64,000 nucleotides of DNA from contig CM039000.1 in the NCBI GenBank assembly GCA_017499595.2, forward strand, positions 682,001 to 746,000, written 5' to 3'. The notes beneath the pieces were generated by a model that saw nothing but the letters and a program-made list of their open reading frames with translations, was not told the origin of the DNA and ran no database searches. Positions 24,701 to 36,536 of the stretch are shown here, piece after piece. A program made the position numbers and the translations under genes. This stretch comes from Psilocybe cubensis (taxonomy: Eukaryota). Every line of letters begins with the position of its first letter. Positions within the stretch are counted from its first letter, which is position 1.

Positions 24701-27700
24701 TCAGCTGAATACACAAATGCAATGATACGTACCGTACAATTCTGCGCGTTTTCCGCGTATTCCTGGCATTTAGGGTGTTTTAATACGTTACCTATGGTGT
24801 TATGCTGGTGTCTGGGCGTCGGATCGAAGGTTGAAAAGTCGTAAGGTTTGTCTGGTTTCGTATTGCAAGTGTGCTCATGGAGCCGAATGCCCTCATTGTT
24901 GGAATAACGGGTTTACATGGTTTTTCAATGTCAGGTAGCCCCTGAGTGATATGATAGATGCTCTTCAGTATGTGAGTATGTCTGCGAGACTTGTTGAGCT
25001 CGGAGCACGATGGAAAAGGGTGTACTGCGTATCAACTCCAAATAAGCGCCGAGAACGTGCATATCTACATACAGTGCAAAACAACACTACACACACCTCT
25101 AGAAAGATGACAGGGGTAATAATACCTCTCAGCTCTACCCCTCCAAACCATCCACCCCGCGGAACCATCGAAACAGCTGAACCAATCACATCCGAATCTG
25201 CACCTCCTCTCCCAAATCCGCATTCCACCCCATTCCAACCGCATTTCTTTTCTTCCGGCTTCGGAATCTCACCACCTCGGCTACTCAGAGTCATAACGGC
25301 AGATCAGAAGAAGACAGCGGCGTTCAATTTGTCGCTGTGCAGAAGACGAGTTTTACGGGTGTTGACTACAGAGCAAGTGTCCGCACTCCGGGAGAGCTAG
25401 AATGTGTCGTTTGTGTGATTATGGGTAGAATACGTATGGGTGGTGAATTGAATGTACGTACTGGTTTCCCCGAGTCGTGAAGCATTTGAAAATTGTGGAA
25501 GATTTGGTGCTAAAGTTTTGTTATTCGTCGTTCAGGCAATTTTGAGGAAATGGAGTGTATCATGAATCCAGTACTTGTATTGTCCTGGTTTGCGTCTTCA
25601 AGCATTGTAAATCTTTATTCTTTATTGAGTTGAATATAATTCTCTCTTGAGCGCAATGCATCGACATCAGCTCAAACAAACAAATGTACGAAATCATATT
25701 TCACAATACAACACACCCACCCAAAGTTTCACTCACTGCAAACGGAGAAACCACATCCAATCTACAATCTCGACACACACGGACGATCGGACCACAACTC
25801 GCGTAACCCAAATCCGAACCCGCACTAACAAGCGACACCGAAAAAAAAAAAGAATCTGTATATTTCATTATTCGGTCTACTTACGACATGTAACAGGCGT
25901 ACTAGTAACAGCCCCACGCGGGTATATAAAGACCACGCACCTTGCTGGCCTTTCTTCATCCCCTCACCGCCTACTCTCCTCTGCCTCTTCAGCTCTCCTC
26001 TTCTTTTCTCTTCGGGCTTGGATGGCGCGTTCTGGCAGACGGTGAGCCTTCTAGTTCGTTCTCGACGGCGCTGACGTTGTGCACTATATAGGCATTGGTG
26101 AGTGATATTGACACGACGCCGAGGCGATTCTGACGCGTTTCTCATAGGCCCGCGCACCACGATGAAAACACCCCTCCTAACCTTGCCCGTAAAGGTGAGT
26201 TGCACCCACCCAACGATGCGCTGCTACTCACTTTGCTTCTCGCTGCACAGAAAAGTAAGGATTTCCGTGAGTCGGGGCCCCTATGACACGCAGAGCGCTG
26301 ACAACGCACCTTGACAGAATGGCCTCTCGATCCATCCACCTGACGGCGTGGGCTGGTTGATACCGTGAAGGTTGCTGGAAAGGTCCTAGACGGTGTGGAC
26401 ACGATAACGACGGTAAGTAGTAGGGCAATAACTAACAGATGCTTTACTGACCCACCTTGAAATTAGATTCCCCGCCCGCCTCTGTCACTGCAAGTTGGAT
26501 CCATTGGACTATGAGGGGACATAACATGCCCCCCAAATCCCGCTCCACGGTGAGTGTCGAGAGCGACTGAAAGTGCTTGCTGATTAATCCGACGCTTGCT
26601 GGGGTAGACGACCCTACGCGGGTATAAAGACCACGGGTGTTGCTGGCATTCTTCATCTTTGGGCTTGGATGACGTGTTCGGGCAGACGGTGAGCTTTGTA
26701 GTCGACAGCGCTGACGTTGAGCACACCAGAGCCACCGTTTGAGGCGACGGTGAGTAACATGCACACGATGCCAATGTGATTCTGACGCATTCCTCGTAGA
26801 AGTGCTATAGGTGCGTTGGTCACCGCAGAACGCTGACAACATACCTCGACAGAACACCACCTAGCCTGTCCCGCTCTGCCCAGACCAGCCAACACCGCTT
26901 CTCGCTACACAGACAAGGCATTGCCTACAGAATTTCTGTGAGTCGGGGCCCCTGATACGTAGAAAGCTGACGAAATACCTTGACAGAATGTCTTCTTGAT
27001 CCATCCCGCTCCTCTCCCTGGCATAACGATTGACGGCGTGAAAAAAAAGAAGTTTAGATGCGTAACGAACTGCAGAGTACTGACCGTGCCGATTACTCCA
27101 TCCCACACTCTCCTTGTATCCTTTCCCTCTCCGCATTGCCCCATACCACCAATGACCGCGCGCAGCGACACTGTCTTGACGGCCGTCCAGAATGCATGCA
27201 GCTGAGGGGAGAGAGGTAAGCACAATCCCTCGCGGTCAAAAGAATTGTCAACTTACTGACCGGTGATACAAGCTGTTGAAAATTGACATGGCCTGCCCAC
27301 ACCATCGATGACCTGCGCTGTGTGCTGGATAGCGCGCAGTGACGCTGTCTTGACGGCCGCCCAGAATGCACACAGCTGAGGGAAAGCGGTAAGCACGGTC
27401 CCTTGAGGTTGAAAGAGTTGTCTACTGACCTGTGACACAAATCGACCCCCTAGGTCCATGGATAGCGAGCAAAGACTCTTGACCGCAAGGTAAGCCGTCG
27501 ATATAATAACCCAACCAACCTATTGACGCACCAATTGACCTCTAGTCGGGCACGACTGTATGCGCGAGCCTTGTTCTTTGAGGCGCAAGGAACCTTGGGT
27601 GTTGGTTAAAGGTATGCCCGCTCAGTTTGTCTGCGAAACTGTCTTGAATGGCGGGCTGAATGCTGCATGCACTGTGGCTTGACGGGGGTGGAAAGACTCT

Positions 27701-29167
27701 GCAAGGGTGCTGTCACTGGCTTGGGCATCCATCGCTTGTCCCATGACGGCGGCGTGTCGACGTTGGGATCAACGTTGTTTAGTGATGAGTCTGCGTGCTG
27801 CCACATTCCCCTATACGGACATGCGGCCTCAAGCTGAGATCCAACAACTGAGAAAGTCAAATATAAAAAGACGGACAATAACGTACCTCAGTTTCCCCTA
27901 GATGCTCACAAATATCAAGGTAGGCGAAGATCGGGGTGTGTGAGTGAGAAGACGAAGCGGGTAATATAGGTGCTGTGGGGATGAGGCGGAGAGTGCAACA
28001 TGTGTCGCCTCCTTCATCTTCCAACGGAAAGGACTTGAGCGCAAGGTGCACGGCGTGACGGTGGTCAAGGAGCTCATCAAAAACGAAGGCCGACTGCCTT
28101 CTTCAAGGGGCTGACGCCAAAGGTATGCCAGTGTCCTACTTAGTTGCAATTCGCCGCATGCACCGCATCGACACAACGTCTAGTGATTACTTGCTAAAAC
28201 AGGTATACATACATCTCGTAGTGTAGAGTATGATTCAGGAGCACATGCACAGCTGGTGGGGATAGATAGGGTAGGTAGGTTACTATAGGTGTAGTAGTAG
28301 TATGTCGGCTGTACACACATGAAAAAAGGTATAAGTGTTAACGTGAATGTGAATCTGGGAAAACAAGGTCATAAAGATGGGAGAAAATTAAATATAGGAA
28401 ATGTGCGGTCGGGTGTGCGTGCACACTATGCAGCAGAGGAGAACACAACAGGCAGAAGGTAGAGGTGGATGATAACGAGGTGAACATGCCGAAGAAGAAG
28501 AAAAAGAGGAGAACAATGCAGAGGGGGGAAAATCGAGAACGAAATCGAAGGAAGACGAAACGAGAATCAAATCAGAACGGCTCGAAATCCAAAATCCAGT
28601 TCCGATTCCAATAGTTTTCTACAACAACTCTACTCTACAAAGATCTTCTACTTTTTACAAATTCGTCTTCGACACGTCAACGCGTCGTCGACGATCACCC
28701 GCGTACCGCGCCACCTGCTCTGCAGTGGTCACTCGTCCTCGCACGCACGCGTGCAAGTGCACAAATCAAGCACGACCGGTGAGTCTTTCTACTACATCAA
28801 AACAAAAAAAAGCAGAAACGGGGGAAAGAAATAGAAAACAAAAGGAGAAAGCGGGAACTGGACTGAACGATATACACGAGGGGCTTGGTGGTGGTGGTGG
28901 TAGCAACAGACAGCATCGAGCGCCAGGCGGTGTAGGGATGGACAGAAGGGATCCTCCGAGCATGCATGCACGCGCGTGTGCTCTCCTCCCTCTCATCCTC
29001 CGAGGTGTGATGTTGGCCCGCAAGAAGTGAATAGGTGCGTATGTGGGTGGAAATCAACTCCGGGTATCGGTTACTGAACTAGATGGGAAGGGAGGGAAGG
29101 GGGGGAGGAGACTTGGACAGACATGTATGGCATGCAGGGAGGCACGACGGAAGGGGAGGGGGGGCGC

Positions 29168-31066
29168 TCAGAGCGAGAACCACTGCCTCTTCGCGTAAAG
29201 CCTCCTGTGCGCGGTGGTTGCAGCTACTTTCACCTGTGGCTCGGGCTCGGGCGATTTCTTGACGAGCACGCCCTCCTCCGGGGAGGGAAGCAAAGCGCGT
29301 CTCCTGCGCCTGCTCGAGCGCTTCTGGCAAGACGGGGCGGGGTTGCCGTTGTCGTTGCTGCTGGACACAGAAGCAGCGGATGCAGAAGAAGCGGAGGCAG
29401 AGGCAGAGGCAGAGGAAGAAGCGCCTGCGGCGAGATTGGCGGGGGCGGGGCTTGCGCCGGTGTTTCCACCTGAGTTTGCGTTGTTCGAGCCTGAGCCGTT
29501 GTTTGAGTTGGATTTGTTCGAGCCCGAGTTGTTGTTGTTGGAGCCAGAATTGTTGGAACCGGAGTTGCCTGCGGGAGCACTCGGAGCGCCAGCAAAGATA
29601 TCGTTCTGCGCGCCTGAAAAGAAGAATCGCAAAAAAACGCCAGGTCAGCCACTTACAATCCGAAATAAAAAAAAATAATCATTGAAACCAACCATCAGCG
29701 AAACCCAGCTTGGCATTGTATGCTGGAGACTTGAAGCTGCCTGAAAGGTCGTATCCACTGACAGCGATGTTGTTGCCCTCGTTCTGGTTCCAGTAAATCA
29801 TCTGCTTCGAGCCCTTGACGCAGGCACCTGGGTTGCCCTCGCACCACACGGGTGGCTGTGGGGGTGCAATGGGCGTAGTGCTCTTTGCGCCGGTGACTTT
29901 GCACTTGAATGGCTGGTGGTACATGTTCGGCTGGCCGCAGCCGTTCGGGACCCATCCCCACTGTGGAAAGAGTTAGACGAAAAATGTGAAGTTTGAATAG
30001 AAGTCGGCTTACAGCGCAGATGCAGCCTCCTTCAGGGCAGGCGGGCAAGTTGGCCGGGACATCGTAGCTGATAACGCGCTTCCAGGGTGTGCTGTGGGGG
30101 ATTTTATTGATAAGCGTCATTGATTTATTTGCAAGGAATGAAAACCACTCACTTATAACGAACAGTGAACACTGCAAGGTTCTGGGGAGTTACTGCCTTG
30201 ATGTCAGACTAGAAAGTATTTGCAAAGTGAGCGCTAGATATGATTTTGAACGAGAGTTGGGGACTTACGTTGTACGAGATTGCGAATGCGGTTCCGGCCG
30301 CCATAGATTGATTCTGGGCATGCACTGCACAAAAATGAATCAGCAAAAACGCCAAGAAACGAGGGGCAATAACGAGGGCCGCTCACTGTTTGGGGACGTG
30401 ATGCATGAAGGGACATTCTGTGAGGCACAGTGGGTTAATTAATCAGTTGCTAGGAATATGGGAAAGACACGCACATAGTCCTCGGGGTATGTCGCACCGT
30501 CTGGCCATTCTGAGGTGTCGCGCCCGTTGTACGCCAGTGTGGTCTTTGCGCGGTTGGAGGCGATCTCGACGGTGAAGCTTCCACCAGCAGGACTGAAGTC
30601 GGGGTTTAGACGACGGAAATTAAAAATACAGGTGTGTTGGGACTCACAGCTCGAGGAAGTCCCCGTCTGCAGGAGGATATAGGTCACACTAAGATTGTTT
30701 CGCAAGTTTCAGAGAATACTAGGTTAACAATTGCACCAAAACACACGTTGTTGATATGATGGACTGCAGAGTGTTGTTTAATGAGATGAACATAGCACAA
30801 CGGCAAGGCACGTACACCACCAATCCTTAAAGTTGAGCTGGTATAGAGGTGAGACAATCGCATAGGAATTCAAATCTTGCGCAGCTTGCGGACCCTATAG
30901 AAAGAATTTTGAATTGGAATGTAGATTCTTCAGCGCTTCTGAACATCTTAAGAAGAGGACTGCAACGCACATTCAAACAGTACATTCCTTTGTGGAAAGC
31001 TGCAAGATGGGCGTTGGCGCCGCTTAGCCACAAGGCCGCTGTGAGAAGGGTTGCAGCTCGAAACAT
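29168..31066 (-). CDS. Secreted AA14-family lytic polysaccharide monooxygenase with a low-complexity S/N/G/A C-terminal tail (multi-exon, intact)
   Basis: Manual splicing gives signal peptide [19 protein letters not shown] then mature His1 [14 protein letters not shown]...[44 protein letters not shown]...[18 protein letters not shown]...[40 protein letters not shown]...[13 protein letters not shown]...[16 protein letters not shown]. These match AA14 motifs as I recall them (WWFH, PxCPxGGCxCAW, GAQNDIF; His1, second His, Tyr). All introns are GT-AG. Confidence 0.88.
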
Positions 31067-33001
31067 TGACTTCAACTTATTGAGCCGCGTTGAAAAAGAG
31101 TGTGGTTGGCCTTAAAGAAAGAGAGTGTGTGGTTTGGCGTAAACCGAGCGGGATAGTACAAGCGTAGGTACAGGAAGAGGGAAGGAGTCGTACAAAAGGG
31201 AGTCTGTCCAAGTCGTTGGAGTGAAAAGTTGACAGTCTAGTTTATAAACCAACAGTTCCTGAAGCTAATCAGGAAATGAGCGGATGGATGATACCCTGCG
31301 TTCATCATGGATTCATCTTGACCCCTAGAAATTTTTGGCTCAATCGAGTCGATTTCTCGGCAAAAAAACTGGTTTCCGGGCTCAGCTCTCCGAGCGGCAA
31401 GGCTCCATTCTACCCAGAAATCCTCCATATCAGGGTATTTTCCGTGTCTTTGCTCGGCTTGAGCATATCGACAGGGACGCTGGTGAATTTGTGCGCATCA
31501 AGGATGGATGGGGTTAACGCCACGATAGTGGTTTTTTGTCGTTCTTCTAGCCGCAGACTCGGTGGTGTAAACCACGCTCGTTATCTTTCATCCAGTTTCC
31601 GTCGAATGACCTTGAAAATTGAACATCCAAAGGAAATTCTACAAACGATCATGTAGCATCGAGGGTGGAAAGTTGGTGCATGAGATAACCTGTCGGATGA
31701 GTCGTCCTGACAACAGTTACTTCCCGTGGGAAATTTGTAGTCATTCCGGCCACGTTCCTGACTCTAAATGAAGGAGCATTTGAAAAACGCTTGGGAGGCC
31801 AGATCGAGACGTCATAAAATTAACATGAGAGTTCATTCCAGTAAGATTCGAGAGACCATTCTTCAGTGCTTATAACGTATGTTAGAGTAATCCATTGCAG
31901 AGAATAAAGGCACCCTCCATTCTTCTCATCTAATAGTTGCTATAGCGCCACGCCACTGCTTCCACTCGCAAAAAAAAACGTCCACATGGACTTGTTCATT
32001 TGCGGGTTCAGAGTGCCGAAAGCAGTGAGGAATTTGGATAAAAGATAGCACAGTGAAGATAATAACTGCTATTTCGGCATTTGGGTTGTTACTATTAGGT
32101 CTTACGTGTAAGCGCGACGCATGGTCGTGCTAAACCTGCTTCTAGCAATGTCCAACGGAACCATGCACTCCGATTTCTTCCTTGTTATCTTCAAATTTGC
32201 TTCAATTTGTGAGCAAGAAATACACATTCATAAAAAACCTACAATTGCATGAAACGTATATCCAAGATATGTCTGGCCAACTCAAAATTGTAGGCTTACT
32301 CTGATTTTATAACTATCGTCTAAGAATCTTTTTGAATCAAAAAAGAAGCGCTAATTGATTCAGACGCGCGCTAATAGACGCGTGCAACGTTTCCAATCGC
32401 GTCGAACGTGGGGAATTCATTTTTAATAAAGGTCGAAACTAGACTACACAACACGAACGGTCATCATTTTGCAATTTAGATGATATTGTGCCTATATCTT
32501 AAAAGATACAGCTCATCTATAGACTGTCAGTCGTGGTCGCCTGAGCGGAGCAAGGCGGTCCAAATTGGAGGTTTGGAAGAAGTTATTTTAGAAACTATCT
32601 TCCTGATTTAGAACAGGTTTCTGAGGTCTGATTTTCCGAAGTATTTCTTACGTTCCATGTCCGCCAAAAATAATGGAAAGATATTGTTGAGGCTGTAATA
32701 CAGTCGTTTCTTGTGCGTCGTTCAGTATTTACTGGCGCAGTACGTCAGTACCGGAGTGTTTACTTCAACCTTCTACCTTTCTCAGGCAATCCACCCACTT
32801 GTAAAGTCATGTTGAACCATGCCACGTACAATCGTCAAATAATAAATTATACTAGTGTCAAATTTGGTGAAAGGCCTATATCCGGTTGGTAGGACTGGTG
32901 TTGAAAAGGTAAGTATATATGGCATGGGGACGATCAAGATAATATTAATGAGTTCATAAATAAAGTCGTAAGCAAATCTACCAACTGGAAGACTGGCATT
33001 T

Positions 33002-34359
33002 TCAATCATGTTCCTTCGTCGGCAGAGAGATGTAGGTTGGCGCTGGTTCTTTGGAAACAATCGGAATCAAAATAAGAACGCTGCATAGAGAAACTACAAT
33101 CATTTGTAGAACGATGCCCACGCTGTCTACATGAATTCACAAAATCAATGATTCGACTAGAAAGGTGCAATACAGAAATCTTACCCAGTAGTATCCCTGA
33201 AATTTGGGTATGCAGGTTGGCTTGAGAATTCTTTGAGTCTGAGCCAAAAACCACTTACCGAAGGGAGGGTTTTCAACAAAGAGTCCTCGGATGGTCGGCA
33301 TCGTAAGTATCATGGTCAAAGGCAAGACCACAATTCCTTCTCCCAGTTTTTGTCCGCAAATGACCAGCGTTGTGATATGCGCCACCAGCAGCGTCAACCC
33401 CCAATTTACAATAAACAGTAAGATGGTATACATCTTCGCATTCAATGTCCTACTCAGGTTCACAACCGTGTTGCGCGACTCGATTAGTGTTCCGTTCACC
33501 AGCGCCTTTGTCCGCGTCTCCGTGGACTGAGGCGCAAAGTTATTGACTGGGTCGGCGAACACCGCTTTGATGACGGGTAAGGAAGAGTTGTCGTTGGCGT
33601 TGATGACGAAGAAATCAGAGCCGCTGTGGTAGAAGTCGAACGGATACCAGAAAAGCTGATCATACACGCGTTTGGAGCCTAGTTGTGCAGTTGCAATGTC
33701 GATGGAATGCGTCTTTAGGAAGTGTACAACGCTTCAGTAGCATACCAGGAACATTAGCACCGCACTGGAATGTAAGAGGATATAGAATTCTACCCAATTG
33801 TTTTGTTCGTGCTTTCGTTAAAATCATAAAGGTCGTCCGGATTGTATGTATTCACCAAGTTGCTAATATGGTGTAAGTACGACCTCGGGGGTAAAACTGT
33901 AGTCACATACTTGTCGATGTATATGTTCAGAGGGACATTTGGCGCTCCACATTGAGCTCTGTTTGCATCATACGTCTCCGCTGATGTAAGTAGGAAGCGC
34001 CCACAAGCACCGACAATCCACTGGACTTCGAAGGTTCGGCCAGGGATATCGATCTGATAAATATGCCCCAGAAAGAAGATCTAGATACAATGCGAATTGG
34101 ACGTCAGAAAAATAGTTATTTCCTGAATGCAACCAAGCAAAGATTATACCCCATCTTGCTTTCCGTTTAGAACGTCGCTCCGAAATGTTGCTGCCGCCGT
34201 GGTCTGTGTTGATATAGGCGCCAAGGTGAGTAGCGCAGAAAACCCAATCATAGTCAACAGCGAAGTAGAGACAAAAAGCAGCTCTTTCAGATGCCATCTC
34301 TTCGGTAACTTGTTCAGCAAATTGAATACACCGTCCACAATTGTGCTTTTCCTGTACAT
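33002..34359 (-). CDS. Multi-pass membrane protein, DUF4436-like (multi-exon)
   Basis: Spliced product has an N-terminal TM segment, a WYPFDFY motif, then TM helices with LTMPTIRGLFVENPPFGILLDSVG and a final TM ending PTKEHD*. YPFD and R-x-P-P-x-G motifs resemble DUF4436. Confidence 0.65.
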
Positions 34360-35204
34360 AATGTCCTTTATGAGATTGGAGGTGTATATTCGATTGACCA
34401 GCAGTGAACGCACAGCGGCTTCATGGGTAGTGGGAGCTCTGGACACGAGGGGGAGTGCAGGCGACAGGCTCAAGCTTACGGTCCTGGTTTTATCAGCTAC
34501 GGATGGTGATGCTGCCTTGCATCCGCCGATGACACTTCACAGCCGTCAAATTTACGTACTAGTGGCACTCATGATTGCCGAGATGAGATTAATACACCAA
34601 CATGTTTGAAAGAGATAATCTACACCCCTATAGGTATATAATGTCTGGCACTGTGGCAGCGATCGCTTTTGAATTGTAGTTGTAGATTTTCGATGGTGTC
34701 CCGAGTTTTGCTGTTTTGCACCAACTTGTCTCCTTCAGAGGTATGTGCTACTGATCACTTCTATAAAACACACCTGTCCCGAGTGATTACATATTAACTC
34801 CTACCATTGTGGGTAGGTCCAGTACAGGTGTCCAGAATTGTCAACCATTTCTGAGAAATTGTCATTGTGAAGCAAGACGGCTGCGGCCCGTTGGGCGTCA
34901 CGGAGATGAAGCTAATTTTAGACACCTTTCAATGACGCAAGGATGGTGGCTGCCACCAGTGGCTGGTAAACGGCGTCTTGTTGCCCAAGACCTTAGTTCA
35001 TGAAATCAATTGTTTCATGCTATTTCATCTGTAATACAAAATTTCTATTTCAGATAACGACTTCTACTACGTAGTACTAGTACTAGATATGTAGACACTA
35101 TTCATAGAACTTCCCGAGGATGATTGGCGCTCGTGTGAGCGCGATAAGTTCGTAATCGGCAAATGCAAAGAAACACGGTTGACGATGTGTCTGGTAATTA
35201 TAAT

Positions 35205-35870
35205 CACTGCGGGCGCCGACCGCTGTAAGTTAAACATACAGCAGAAAACTTACATGTCTTATGTAAGTTTCGCTGTAAGTTCAACATACAGCACACGTGT
35301 ATAAAAAACAAACACTCGACAAAGACATATTGTGTTTGGTGGCTGTATGCCGACCAAACACAATTGCTGTAAGTAGACTGTAAATAAAATAAACACCTAA
35401 ATTACACAAATTGTGTTTGTCCGGTGTTAGTAAAACATACACATTTTCTGTAAATGACACAAACAGCACTTGCTGTAAGTAAAATTTACATACAAAGAAC
35501 ACTATTTGTGTATGTCAGACTTACACCATTAAATGAATTGAAAAACTTGTGTAAGTATAACATACACAAATTGTTTTCTTTGTGTGTAATTTCTACTTAC
35601 AGTAAGTGCTGTTTGTATTACTTACAGAAAATGTGTATGTTTTACTAACACCGGACAAACACAATTTGTGTAATTTAGGTGTTTATTCTATTTACAGGCT
35701 ACTTACAGTAATTGTGTTTGGTTGGCATATAGCCACCAAACACAATATGTCTTTGTCAAATGTTTGTTTTCCTGACACATGCGCTGTAAGTTGAACATAC
35801 ACCTAAACTTACATAAGACATGTAAGTTTACTGCTGTATGTTTAACTTACAGCAGTCAGCGCCCGCAGTG
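35205..35870. mobile_element. 666-bp non-autonomous foldback/MITE with CACTG...CAGTG termini (CACTA/CMC-like), copy A
   Basis: Starts CACTGCGGGCGCCGACCGCTGTAAG and ends CTTACAGCAGTCAGCGCCCGCAGTG. ~300-bp inverted arms, many TGTAAG/CTTACA/ACATACA sub-repeats, AT-rich, no real ORF. Confidence 0.85.
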
Positions 35871-36536
35871 CACTGCAGGCGCCGACTGCTGTAAGTTAAA
35901 CATACAGCACTAAACTTACATGTCTTATGTAAGTTTAGGTGTATGTTCAACTTACAGCATATGTGTCGGGAAAACAAAAATTTAACAAAGACGTATTGTG
36001 TTTGGTGGCTGTATGCCGACCAAACACAATTGCTGTAAGTAGCCTGTAAATAGAATAAACACCTAAATTACACAAATTGTGTTTGTCCGGTGTTAGTAAA
36101 ACATACACATTTTCTGTAAATGACCAAAACAGCACTTACTGTAAGTAAAAATTACACACAAAGAAAACAATTTGTGTATATTATACTTACACAAGTTTTT
36201 CAATTCATTTAATGGTGTAAGTCTGACATACACAAATAGTGTTCTTTGTGTGTAAATTTTACTTACAGCAAGTGCTGTTTGTGTCATTTACAGAAAATGT
36301 GTATGTTTTACTAACACCGGACAAACACAATTTGTGTAATTTAGGTGTTTATTTTATTTACAGTCCACTAACAGCAATTGTGTTTGGTCAGCATGCAGCC
36401 ACCAAACACAATATGTCTTTGTCGAGTGTTTGTTTTTCATACACGTGTACTGTATGCTGAACTTACAGCGAAACTTACATAAGACATGTAAGTTTTCTGC
36501 TGTATGTTTAACTTACAGCGGTCGGCGCCCGCAGTG
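35871..36536. mobile_element. 666-bp CACTG-ended foldback/MITE, copy B, inverted relative to A
   Basis: Reverse complement of copy A with scattered substitutions; abuts A with no spacer (CAGTG|CACTG). Confidence 0.85.

Larger units (their letters stand above)
20627..31311 (+). repeat. Tandem ~10.5-kb segmental repeat, copy 3 (carries the intact AA14 5' end)
   Basis: Appears identical to copy 2 up to ~30266, then differs by SNPs and 162 bp of extra sequence; runs into unique DNA after 31311. Confidence 0.97.

Noticed and set aside
1-31311. rDNA-type tandem array (similar unit size)
   Set aside because: No recognisable 18S, 5.8S, 28S or 5S conserved sequence in the unit.
35281-36460. Mirror-image ORFs (MFFVCKFY..., MTQTALAV...)
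   Set aside because: By-products of the palindromic MITE arms.
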